NCBI GenBank assembly: GCA_964557135.1
Contig: CAZKZB010000008.1
Location: forward strand, 14,779 to 78,778
Length of the DNA: 64,000 nucleotides
Source: an uncultured Petrimonas sp.
GTDB lineage: Bacteria > Bacteroidota > Bacteroidia > Bacteroidales > Dysgonomonadaceae
Reading direction: 5' to 3'
Of this stretch, positions 45,673 to 56,100 are shown piece after piece. A model generated the notes under the pieces. It did not search any database, was not told where the DNA came from, and saw nothing but the letters and a program-made list of their open reading frames with translations. A program made the translations under genes and the position numbers. Every line of letters begins with the position of its first letter. The first letter of the stretch is position 1.

Positions 45673-48603
45673 ATGCTTGTACGAATGATTAAGTTGATAT
45701 TGCTGTTTTTGTCCTTCTCTCTGTTTTCGTTTGGACAAAACGAGTACAAAGCCGATTTGTTCCAAATCACCGACGGGCTTCCATCGGACGCGGTGTTGAT
45801 GACAACAAAAAAAGACGGATTTTTGTACATCGCCACGCAAAGAGGGCTGTGCATGTACGACGGCTATATCTTTATCCATTCGCCCGAAGTGCAAAATACT
45901 GTTTTCAGCTTTTCTGAAAAAAAAGGCAAACTCTACGGTGAAGAGTTAGGCACGGGGCTATTTGAAACAACTCATATCTACGGTAAAAAACAAGTCGTCG
46001 CCGAGGTAAATTATGCCGATGATATACAAGATAACGACCACTTTAATCATCCATACAAGGACGATTCGGGAAATATCTGGTGATCAGACTTCCATTTCGT
46101 GAAATTTTTCAACCCGGAGAGTAATGCTACACAAGCATTCAGAGTTGCGGAGAATAAAAAGCAGTTAGACATTGTTGTTTCGTATCTCGAAACACCCCAA
46201 GAACTCATGCTGGCAACTTCCGAGGGGCTGTTTACTTGGCAAAAACAGCAGAAAGAATGGCTGAAACAGAGCGATATACGATTCACATCCGCCATCGAAA
46301 AAACAGGAAAATTTCTATTATTGTCGCAGTCAGCAGAACTCTTCGAATACCTGCCTAACAGTAAACAATTGGTTCTATTAAAAACGCTGCCCCTGAAGCG
46401 TTCTTTTTCGCTTGTCAACAATATAGAAAACGGCGATTTCTTGGTTTTTTACGACACCGAAAACCTATATCGTTACACACCGGAGACCAATGAGTTGAGA
46501 CCGATTTTCGTTTCTGAGAGACGAATAAATCACGTGTTTTACGATGCGGTAAACTCTATTTTCTGGATTTCCACACAGAGCGGACTAATCAAGCTTACGC
46601 AAAGCAACTCGGCAATTCGACCCATTATTTTCCCTGACGCATCTCCCGGAGCTGTAACGGATATGGTAGAAGACGAAAAATCACGCATCTGGATGGTAAA
46701 AAACTCCAACACACTTTTCGTGAAAGAGGGTGAGAAAGTAAGTGCCGTTCCCATTCCCGAAAATCAAATTAATCGATTATCGTTTACAGGAAACCAACTG
46801 CTGCTGGCTACTGAATCGGGCGTTTACAGGAAAGATGAAAAAGATGCATTTCGGAAAATAATTCATAGCGATATCCCGATAAAAAAAGCCATTATTTACT
46901 CCGACAAATACTGGCTCTTGCCTGAAGAGGGAGCGATAAAAGTATATGACTCCGAAACGTTGAAAGAAATTACGGAGTACATCAGAAACGACATTCAATA
47001 CTGGGAAATCAACCTGTTCAACGACTTTACAGTATCCGCCGATAATCGGCTTTGGGTGGCAAGCTGGATGCCCAAAGATTTTGGGATATCGGTATTCGAT
47101 GACAGCAAAAGAAAATTCACCGAAATATCCTCCATCCCCGGTAACAATGAGTCTTTTGTTGCCGATTATTTTAATCGGATTGTACCGCTGCGTAACGGCA
47201 ACATGATTTTTTCGGCAACCGGAGGATTCAACATCGTAAATCGGGACGGTAAAATCGTCCACTCCATGTTTTCGCGTGCTAACAACCTTGTTTGCGACAA
47301 TATCGACGGTATTGCCGAAGACCGTAACGGAAACATTTGGTTCGGTTGCGCCGAGGGATTGTATTACTACAACCAAACCACCCACGTACCCATTCGCATT
47401 TCTAAGACAGACGGTCTGGTATCCAACGACATCACTCACGGGTTTCTGCTCTCCCAAGACAACTCATTGTACATCGGCACCGAAGAGTCGGTCGAAATAA
47501 TAAATCCGGCTCAAATACTGAATACAAAACTTATCGATGAACTGAAACTGACCGCCATTAAGATAAACAATGAATACTTGCCTTACGTAACGCACACCAT
47601 CTCGCTGAAAGAGAAGGAGGCAACGCAAATCGAACTGTTTTTCTCGGCACTCAATTTTAACCGAAAAGAGAGACTGATTTATCGATACAAATTCGGCAAC
47701 GAGGATTGGAATTATTTAGGCTCCGAACCCAAACTATCGCTCATTCGTCTCACTCCCGGGAAATATCATATCACCATAGAAGCAGGCGATAATTTAGGAA
47801 ACTGGCAAGAGAAAAACTTAGAATTAAGCCTCGAAATTATTCCGCCATTTCACAAAACAATTTGGTTTTCAATTGCATTGTTTATCTGTTTTTTCATAGG
47901 CGCTCATTTTTTCAACGTTTATTTAGTGAGACAGGAGAAAGAAAAAGGCGAGTTAAAGAAAAAAATAAAGGATAACGAGAACAAGATGCTCCGCTCACAA
48001 ATGAACCCCCATTTCCTGTTCAATTCGCTGAATTCCATCAACAGTTTCATTATCCAAAACAAAGCCGATGAAGCAGAAAAATACCTAACCGCGTTTTCGA
48101 AACTGATGCGCAACATTTTGGATAATTCGCGCAAAGAAACCATCTCGTTAAAACAAGAATTAGAAACCGTAAAGCTTTACTTAGACTTGGAAGCCGTGCG
48201 GTTGGAAAATAAATTCGATTACGGGATTTCCATCACCAACGAAGTGGATGTAGATTATGTGCAAATTCCGCCGCTTATTCTTCAACCGTTTTTAGAAAAT
48301 GCGATCTGGCACGGAATCAATTACAAGCAGGGAGACGGATTTATCAATATCGATGTGGAGTGCGACAACGAAAACAAATCGGTGCTGATTATTAAAATAA
48401 AGGACGATGGTGTAGGGCGAAAAACAGCGTCGAAACGCAGAAGCAAAGAATACGCGCACAAATCTTACGGCATAGACATCACAAAAGAGCGTTTAGAAAT
48501 ACAAGGAGCGTATAATTCGTTAGAAATTACCGATTTATACAATGAATTTCAAGAACCTTCGGGCACATTGGTAACCCTAAAAATTCACATTAAAAATGAT
48601 TAA
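45673..48603 (+). pseudogene. LytS/YehU-type sensor histidine kinase with periplasmic beta-propeller repeats, interrupted by a single in-frame TGA (46081-46083)
   Basis: ORFs 45673-46083 and 46099-48603 share one frame and are separated only by TGA plus 5 sense codons. The N-terminal piece carries the signal/TM and the first propeller repeats. Confidence 0.6.
46099..48603 (+). CDS. Sensor histidine kinase body (propeller/Y_Y_Y-like repeats, TM, His_kinase PF06580-type, HATPase)
   Basis: 834-aa ORF with repeated GNIWFG / SRIWMV propeller motifs and a TM segment WFSIALFICFFIGAHFF. It also has MLRSQMNPHFLFNSLNSI and LQPFLENAIWHGI. Confidence 0.8.
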   Translation: MKFFNPESNATQAFRVAENKKQLDIVVSYLETPQELMLATSEGLFTWQKQQKEWLKQSDIRFTSAIEKTGKFLLLSQSAELFEYLPNSKQLVLLKTLPLKRSFSLVNNIENGDFLVFYDTENLYRYTPETNELRPIFVSERRINHVFYDAVNSIFWISTQSGLIKLTQSNSAIRPIIFPDASPGAVTDMVEDEKSRIWMVKNSNTLFVKEGEKVSAVPIPENQINRLSFTGNQLLLATESGVYRKDEKDAFRKIIHSDIPIKKAIIYSDKYWLLPEEGAIKVYDSETLKEITEYIRNDIQYWEINLFNDFTVSADNRLWVASWMPKDFGISVFDDSKRKFTEISSIPGNNESFVADYFNRIVPLRNGNMIFSATGGFNIVNRDGKIVHSMFSRANNLVCDNIDGIAEDRNGNIWFGCAEGLYYYNQTTHVPIRISKTDGLVSNDITHGFLLSQDNSLYIGTEESVEIINPAQILNTKLIDELKLTAIKINNEYLPYVTHTISLKEKEATQIELFFSALNFNRKERLIYRYKFGNEDWNYLGSEPKLSLIRLTPGKYHITIEAGDNLGNWQEKNLELSLEIIPPFHKTIWFSIALFICFFIGAHFFNVYLVRQEKEKGELKKKIKDNENKMLRSQMNPHFLFNSLNSINSFIIQNKADEAEKYLTAFSKLMRNILDNSRKETISLKQELETVKLYLDLEAVRLENKFDYGISITNEVDVDYVQIPPLILQPFLENAIWHGINYKQGDGFINIDVECDNENKSVLIIKIKDDGVGRKTASKRRSKEYAHKSYGIDITKERLEIQGAYNSLEITDLYNEFQEPSGTLVTLKIHIKND

Positions 48604-49336
48604 AGCAATTATTATAGACGACGAGAAACATTGTTTAGTAACCCTCGAACATCACCTGAAAAAGACCGGCGAAATTGAAGTTTTGGCTGCCATTCAGGAT
48701 AGTACCGTTGCAGTTGATAGGATAAGTGGCCTAAAACCCGACATCGTATTCATCGATATAGAGATGCCCGGAATGAACGGTTTTGAAGTACTTAACCAAT
48801 TCGAAGCACTGACTTTCAAAGTAGTTTTCACCACCGCCTACGACCAATACGCCATCAAGGCGCTAAAAATGAACGCATTGGACTATCTTCTAAAGCCGGT
48901 GGCATTCGAAGATATCGAAGAGGTTATCAACAAATTCAAAAACAGCGCCATGCATCAAAGCAAAGAGCAGATAAGTCACCTCTATCGGTTCTCGGAAGGC
49001 AAAATGCAGGATACCATAGCATTATCGATGCAAGAAGGGTTGATTTTTGTCAGAATTGAAGATATCATGTATATCGAAGGCAGCGGGTCCTATTCTTACA
49101 TCGTCATGACAGATAAGTCGAAACACTTAGCCAGCAAGAATATCTCGCTTTTTGAAGAGGTTCTCGAAGATAATCCAATGTTTTTCAGGGCACATAAGTC
49201 TTTTGTGGTAAATATCCGTCACATCAAGCAATACATTCGTGGCGAAGGCGGTGATATAATCATGAACGACGGAAAAAGAGTTTCGCTGAGCCGGCACAAA
49301 AAACAAGAATTTATGAGATTGTTTAAGAGGATTTGA
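48596..49336 (+). CDS. LytTR-family response regulator
   Basis: 246-aa ORF with receiver motifs IIDDE and VFIDIEMPGMNG. The C-terminal LytTR domain carries FFRAHKSFVVN. It overlaps the kinase stop by 8 nt. Confidence 0.9.
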   Translation: MIKAIIIDDEKHCLVTLEHHLKKTGEIEVLAAIQDSTVAVDRISGLKPDIVFIDIEMPGMNGFEVLNQFEALTFKVVFTTAYDQYAIKALKMNALDYLLKPVAFEDIEEVINKFKNSAMHQSKEQISHLYRFSEGKMQDTIALSMQEGLIFVRIEDIMYIEGSGSYSYIVMTDKSKHLASKNISLFEEVLEDNPMFFRAHKSFVVNIRHIKQYIRGEGGDIIMNDGKRVSLSRHKKQEFMRLFKRI

Positions 49337-49697
49337 ATACATCATTTACCTTACCTTAAATCTACCCTTCAAGATGAAAAAATGCTTTTTTAAATTATTA
49401 AGTTTTATTGTTGTCCGATAGAAATCTTACGTTTTTTTGTGATTTGTCATAAACGTTTCAGGAAATATTCAAAGATGTAAGGGCTGAAATGCCATGGAGT
49501 ACTCGACCCGAAGTGGTCGGATTTTTCAAAGCGCTGCTTTTCAGGTAGATTTATTCGGATGTATTCACTACCGTAAGTTACTCCGTCTGTCGGCGTATTG
49601 CATACGGTTATAAAAATATCGCCTTTCGAGTCAAATCGCTATTTTTTATCGGACAATAATGAAGAAAATACGACATAATTTGTTCGCAAAATTAAAA

Positions 49698-49811
49698 ACA
49701 GTTTCTTAGTCTTTTTCTCTCTTTTTATAAAACCAAACACGCAGTTGGTTGACCCAAATCCACAGTTCACAAAACATATATTGACAAATGATTTTCAATA
49801 CATTATTTTTA
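49698..49811 (+). promoter_or_regulatory. Candidate LytTR operator (ACAGTTTCT, GCAGTTGGT-N12-ACAGTTCAC) and promoter upstream of the collagen-like gene
   Basis: Two 9-mers at 49741-49749 and 49762-49770 are separated by exactly 12 nt. Each matches 8 of 9 positions of [TA][AC][CA]GTTN[AG][TG], and a third half-site lies at 49698-49706. TTGACA-N17-TATTTTTA follows at 49781-49811. Confidence 0.4.
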
Positions 49812-49908
49812 TGTAATTGAAACGACATTACCCTAAAAATACGGGGCGATAATTCAATGATTATTTTTTTTAATCCATAAATCACTCAATAATTTACAAT
49901 CACAGCAA

Positions 49909-51177
49909 ATGAAAGTATTTAATTTTTTATGCACCGTTTTAGCGCTTATGTTTATTTTAAGCCTTACGGGATGTATTGGAGACGAGGGCCCAATGGGTAT
50001 CCAGGGAGAGCAAGGTATTGCAGGATTAGATGGCAACATTTTCTATTCGGGCAACACTGCTCCGGCAGCCAATGTGGGTAAAGACGGCGATATGTATCTC
50101 GATAAAGTTTCAGCCACGCTTTATGGCCCAAAACTATCGGGAAGCTGGGGAACCGGTATTCCTCTTAAAGGAGCCGAAGGCCCCCAAGGAGAACCCGGCG
50201 CTACCGGCCAGCAGGGCGCGCCCGGCGTACAAGGCCCGGCAGGAACACCCGGAAGTAAAATCTTATCGGGTAACGGCTCTCCGGCATCATCACTTGGAGT
50301 TACAGCAGACTATTATTTAGATAAAGTAACCGGACTGCTCTACGGTCCAAAATCTGTTTCGGGTTGGGGGACTCCCATCAACCTGAAAGGCGAACAAGGC
50401 ATTCAGGGCTTGCCCGGAAAGGATGGCTCCATGTTTTATAGCGGCAACGGGGCGCCTTTATTGTCTATGGGTAAAGAAGGGGATATGTATCTTGATAAAA
50501 CTAATGTTATGTTGTACGGCCCGAAAACAACAGAAACTTGGGGAGCAGGTATGTCTTTGAAAGGTAATACAGGAGAAGCCGGTCAAGCGGGAGCGCCCGG
50601 TGCTCCAGGCAGTAAAATCTTATCCGGAACAGGCGCTCCCGCTTTATCAATGGGCACAGTAGGTGATTTCTATTTAGACACTTCCACCGCACTGTTTTAC
50701 GGACCAAAAACAAGTACAAGTTGGGAAACTCCGGTAAACCTGAAAGGACCAAAAGGTGATAAAGGAGATAAAGGCGACCCGGGCGCTGCAAGCGTGATTT
50801 ACAGCGATTGGATGGTCGTGGAAGGATATCCTTCTTTCTATTATATCAAAGTTCCTGAATTTATTAACAATCCAAAATTGATTGACAATGCTTCTATTGT
50901 CTTGTATGCGAAAGAATTTAAATTAGATGGAAGAACAGAACTCGGAATATTCCAGTTGAATTTCACCAGCCCGACATGGGGTAGTGTTATCCAGTATTAC
51001 ATTATGGCTAATGATTTTGACATCGTAATTAATGCAAATCCGGATACAAAACTCGGATTACAAAAATCACATCTTTTCCGGTATGTTATTATCCCCGGCG
51101 GAGTGCAGGCAACCCGCAGCATGGTAGATTTAAACAATTACAACGCTGTAAAAGAAGCTTTTGGACTAAAGGACTGA
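49909..51177 (+). CDS. Collagen-like (G-X-Y) repeat lipoprotein with four interleaved globular modules
   Basis: 422-aa ORF with lipobox LSLTGC and five G-X-Y runs (for example GAEGPQGEPGATGQQGAPGVQGPAGTPG). These alternate with four copies of a ~40-aa GD-YLD...LYGPK...W(G)...LKG module. Confidence 0.75.
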   Translation: MKVFNFLCTVLALMFILSLTGCIGDEGPMGIQGEQGIAGLDGNIFYSGNTAPAANVGKDGDMYLDKVSATLYGPKLSGSWGTGIPLKGAEGPQGEPGATGQQGAPGVQGPAGTPGSKILSGNGSPASSLGVTADYYLDKVTGLLYGPKSVSGWGTPINLKGEQGIQGLPGKDGSMFYSGNGAPLLSMGKEGDMYLDKTNVMLYGPKTTETWGAGMSLKGNTGEAGQAGAPGAPGSKILSGTGAPALSMGTVGDFYLDTSTALFYGPKTSTSWETPVNLKGPKGDKGDKGDPGAASVIYSDWMVVEGYPSFYYIKVPEFINNPKLIDNASIVLYAKEFKLDGRTELGIFQLNFTSPTWGSVIQYYIMANDFDIVINANPDTKLGLQKSHLFRYVIIPGGVQATRSMVDLNNYNAVKEAFGLKD

Positions 51178-51283
51178 CACTTCTACTACGAGTTTATTGT
51201 CAAAAGTAATCAACTATTTACATACGGAGATTTTGGTTACATGTATTGAAATAAGCCGATAACCGCCTATAAAACGATATAAG

Positions 51284-52987
51284 ATGAACCGAATAAGTTT
51301 TATTTTCACTCTACTTTTGATGTGTCTTGCGCCACTACAGGCGCAAGACTTGACAAATATCGGGCAACAAAAACCGATACGATTTTCGGGAAGTACAGAA
51401 TTGCGCGGCATTTTCTACAACGCATCCGGTATTGCCAATCGCCGCGCTCCGTTCACTTGGTTGTTATCGGGTAATCCTACATTAAGTGTGTATGGATGGG
51501 ACATTCCATTTAGCTTTATCCTCAGCCGCGATGACCGCTCTTTTCGTCAACCGTTCAATCAGTTCGGAATGAGTCCTACATACAAATGGCTTACGCTCCA
51601 TGGCGGATATCGAAATTTGAGTTTTTCGCCCTACACTTTGGGTGGGCACACGATGCTGGGTGGAGGAGTGGAAGCGAATCCCGGAAAATGGAGATTAGGG
51701 TTTATGTATGGCCGGCTCAATCGAGCAACAGTTATAGATACCTCCCGAATGGCACTTGCTCCTTTTTCTTTCAGCAGAAAAGGATGGGCCGCAAAAGTGG
51801 GATACGGAACGGAAAGGGCTTTTTTCGAGTTAAGTATGCTCCGGGCGAAAGACAATCCGAACTCAAAACCCGATAATGCACACATGCTGCCGCAGGAATA
51901 TCAGTCGCTACCGGCAGCCAACACTGTTATTGGGTACGCAGCAAGAATAATGTTTTGGAAAAAAATAATTTTCGAGACGGATGGAGCCGCCAGCATTTAC
52001 ACTTACGATATTCATTCGCCGTTAGATATTTCCAGTTCCGTTAACACCGAATGGCGAAAATGGATGAAAATGTTTGATGTTAATGGAACTTCAGAGTGGG
52101 CGAAGGCATTTAACGCATCGATTGGTTATCGGGAAAGAAACTACGGGATAAAAATTACTTATCGTCGTGTTGATCCGGGTTTTATGTCAATGGGAGCATA
52201 TTATATCGCCAACGATTTAGAAAACTGGACGATAAACCCTAATTTTATTTTTTTTAACAACAAGCTTCGCTTCAATGGAAGTTTAGGAATACAGCGCGAC
52301 AACTTGCGTGATCAGAAACAAGCGAGCAATAGACGCGTAATAGGTTCCGCCATTTTAGGAGCGGATATCTCAGAACGATTGGGAGTAGATGTGAATTTCA
52401 GCAACTTCTCCAATTCCATGCAACCTAAAGCTCTGGTTTTTGCCGATTCGCTCAAAATCGTGCAGAACACTACTACGCTTAATATAATGCCGCGATATAC
52501 GATTATTGGAGAAGAAACTTCACAAATGATTTTTCTGATGGCCAATCTTAATCAGATGAGAGATTTTGGCGGATATTACAGCGCGGAAGCTTCAAACCGT
52601 GATATTTCAACTTATCAGTTTTCGCTCAATTACAACATCAATTTCCCGAAACCCAACCTTAGCTTATTCTCGTCAATAAGCTATGTGAATATGTCATCGG
52701 CAAGCATCAAAAGCAGTTATAATGGTATCTCGTTGGGAGGGAACTACGGTTTAATGAAAAATCGGCTGCAAACTGGAGCTAATCTTAGTCTTATGCAAAA
52801 TAAAGTCAAAACCGGCACCTCGATAATTTTTAACGGTTCATTAAACGCGGTTTATGAATTAAGTAGTAAGCATAACCTGCGTGCTTTGTTATTCTTGACA
52901 AACAACCGAACCAACACGCACAGTACAGGTGGATATCCCAATTTCAGGGAAACAAGGGCAGAAATGGTGTATCAGTTTAGATGGTGA
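51284..52987 (+). CDS. Putative outer-membrane beta-barrel protein
   Basis: 567-aa ORF with signal peptide MNRISFIFTLLLMCLAPLQAQ. It shows amphipathic strand periodicity throughout and a C-terminal MVYQFRW aromatic terminus. Confidence 0.55.
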   Translation: MNRISFIFTLLLMCLAPLQAQDLTNIGQQKPIRFSGSTELRGIFYNASGIANRRAPFTWLLSGNPTLSVYGWDIPFSFILSRDDRSFRQPFNQFGMSPTYKWLTLHGGYRNLSFSPYTLGGHTMLGGGVEANPGKWRLGFMYGRLNRATVIDTSRMALAPFSFSRKGWAAKVGYGTERAFFELSMLRAKDNPNSKPDNAHMLPQEYQSLPAANTVIGYAARIMFWKKIIFETDGAASIYTYDIHSPLDISSSVNTEWRKWMKMFDVNGTSEWAKAFNASIGYRERNYGIKITYRRVDPGFMSMGAYYIANDLENWTINPNFIFFNNKLRFNGSLGIQRDNLRDQKQASNRRVIGSAILGADISERLGVDVNFSNFSNSMQPKALVFADSLKIVQNTTTLNIMPRYTIIGEETSQMIFLMANLNQMRDFGGYYSAEASNRDISTYQFSLNYNINFPKPNLSLFSSISYVNMSSASIKSSYNGISLGGNYGLMKNRLQTGANLSLMQNKVKTGTSIIFNGSLNAVYELSSKHNLRALLFLTNNRTNTHSTGGYPNFRETRAEMVYQFRW

Positions 52988-53120
52988 AACAGATAGGTGC
53001 AATTGGCTCATAAATTAAACAGGTCTTAACACATTATATTTTCGAAATAGAAGTCGTCAATATCTAATTTTTCGACTTAAAACAGTTTTTACTCTTGATT
53101 ATTAGTTAAAAAATACGACA

Positions 53121-56100
53121 ATGAAAACTATCAATTGGCTGTTGCTCACATTATTATTCACTGTAATATGGAACGAGGCTTACTCGCAAATAAATATAAA
53201 TATCCAAGTAAAGCCGCCTTATCAAAGCCGAATCGCAGAATACGCTTCTCGCCCCGATTTAATACTACTAACGTTGACAAATACTTCGCGAGAGACACAG
53301 CGTGTTCAGCTAACAGGCAGCATTGTGGGCAACAACGACATCAGCCTTACGGTAAGGCCATCCTACAAAAGCCCGTCTCCCATAGAAATAGCGCCGGGCC
53401 AAGTGATAGCGCTTAACTCTACTGACATTTCATTTTTATTCAATTATTCATCAATAAACGTGAAAGGAATAGACTTGAATAATGTCGTGTATGATGCACG
53501 CCTTCGCGAAGGCATATACCAAATCTGCATACGGGCATTGGATTATGATACAAGACAACCCATCAGCCCTGATGAACCAATGGGCTGTACCATGTTTTAT
53601 ATTAACGATTTAGAACCACCGATTATTACCGCTCCTTTGACCGAAACGGTACTTCAAAATACGGGCATGTCGCCGATATTTCCTATCACCTGGCTCTCTT
53701 CGCCGGGATCTGTTCCTTCTACACAATACAAGGTAAAAATAGTGGAAATTATTGCTAACCGTGATCCAAATGACGCTATGCAATCGGCTACTACACCTCC
53801 ATTTTTCGAAAGAACAATTATGGGAGGCAATTCATTGCTCTACGGGCCGACCGAACCTCAACTCACACCCGGCAGAAAATATGCTTTAATGGTACAGGCA
53901 ATTGATCCTTCGGGGCAATCCATTTTTCGCAACGAAGGCAAGAGTGAAGTACATGTGTTTGAATATGGAAACGTAAACTCCGGAATAGGGAGCATAGCCG
54001 ACGGAAGTGGCGGAGAAAATAATAAGCTAATTACGAAAGAAAATGCAACCAATACCATTTCAGGAAAAGTAATATGGGCCTATAAGGCTACTGAAGAAAG
54101 CTTTAAATCAGCACCTACAACTAAAATTGTTTACGAACCGAAAGACGAATCTTCAAAATCTTCCGGAGATGGACTTGTCGGATATTATCTAAGCCACAAT
54201 GATTTGCAAATGAAAAATTACACCGCATTGATTATGGCAGACCCCACGTTGCAACAATCTAGCGATGCAAACACATCCACTAATTCAGCTTCTATTTATT
54301 CTCCGGGAACTACTTCGACGGATTATTTCTACCACTCTACAAACTCACGTGAAGGAACAACAAAATTTCCTTTAAGCAACACAACCGTTAATTTGCTTAT
54401 CAGAAGGAAACTAAATAGAAATACACCTAAACCAAACGAATCTAACAAAAACAATTATAACACCATCTTCGGGGAACGTAATAAAAGTTCTCTAACCTCA
54501 ATGTTGAGTAGCAAGACGCAAACCTCAAATATCAGCATGAGCTCCCTCAATGAACCCACATCGCCAAATCCGCAAAACGCTCCTGTACAAGAATACCAGA
54601 ACGATTTGCTGGCAACAGCCACTACAAATCAATCGGGAGTGTTTACCCTCGAATTGATTAATCCTAAATTTGAGGGAGTGATGGACAACGCTGAGCTTGT
54701 GATCTCAATAAAAAAAGAAGGCTTTGATGCTTTCGAGAAAGCACTACCTGCTAATGAGCTTGACAGGCTGGAAAACATAGATATCGGCGAACTTCTTGTG
54801 TTAGCGAACACTTACCGATTCAATCCAAAAATTGAATTGGAAAGACCACAAAACACCGAAATTACAAATCCGGGAATGCGTATAAAAGTTTACCGTGAAG
54901 CCACTGATGAGAATAAATATCCTTTTCTGAAAGAGGAGGGAAACCGTTTTCAAGGGACAACCACAACAAAGGTTATCAACGGGAAATTGTACAACGAAAT
55001 TGCAACGGATAGTGTAGCTAAGGACAGCTATTCCGTAGAAGCTTATTCGTTCAACTTTGGGCGGATATTCCGTTTTGGAAAAATTTACATCGAGGCAGAA
55101 GATTTATCACAAAACTACAAAAAACTAACAACAAACTTGCAGGTTGTTGAATTTAAGTCGAACACAGATAATCGGGATTTGCTTACTGTTAAACCATCCT
55201 ATTTGATGAAAGTGGAAAATCCGTCGGTGATTGGAGAAGTATTACTCAGTGCCGGAGAAAATAAAGTACCGGTAGCAGGGGCTATGGTGCGGGTTTCTTT
55301 CAACAAAGAAGATGTTACGCTATCGTCTTCACAAAAAGCTGATAACATCCAAGCAAGCACATCGCCTCCCGGCTCATTATTCAGTACCGAAAAGATTGCA
55401 ATTACTTCCGTTACATCAACTTCCGGAACCGTGAAACTGGCTTCAAGTTCAGATGTGAGCTTTTCAAGTATATCTGCCGCTGTTAGCAACACGGGGCTTT
55501 CAGTTCCTGCGGAGATTACAAGCGCATCAGGTTCTGCATTGACCTACAATGTAGTTAATTCAGGAGCATTAAGTAGTAATTTCGCGGGATTGTATTTAAA
55601 ATATACGGCTTTTACGGATAGCGCAGGGAATTTCCTCATTGGCGATTTACCGGTGTTAAAACCCGGAGGAAGGTACACCATCGAACTAATAAACGTTCCC
55701 TCCAACTACCAAGGTATGGCTGTACTGCCCGATTCAAAACAAACCTTTGCTGTGAATGCTGGTAGCCAAACCGCGGTTCAATTCAATATTTCGCCCGAAT
55801 TGGTAAACATCGTCGGACGTGTGGTTACAGAAAAAGAAACACCTGTGGGCTTTGCAAGATTGCATTTTAAAGGTAGTACTCACTATTTCGAAAGTGGTGA
55901 GACCGGAATTTTCCAAACTTCATTTTATGTGGGTGAACACACATTGATTGTTGAAAAAGAAGGTTATATGCCTTTTGAAAAAATAATCAGAGTAACAGGG
56001 AAAGAGGAGACAGATGACCGAATAACCGCCACGAATAACATAAGACTTACACCAGTCTTAATAAAGCCGGGAGAAGCAGTGATGAGCATATCAACACCGG

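Noticed and set aside
46081-46083. TGA recoding (code 4/25) or selenocysteine in the kinase
   Set aside because: TGA terminates several well-defined genes here (recF, the DUF721 gene, the collagen-like gene, the barrel gene), so the standard code applies. No SECIS-like hairpin follows, and sensor kinases are not known selenoproteins.
46777-47457. 226-aa minus-strand ORF inside the sensor kinase gene
   Set aside because: It is antisense to a gene with clear repeated propeller motifs and has no signal or motif of its own.
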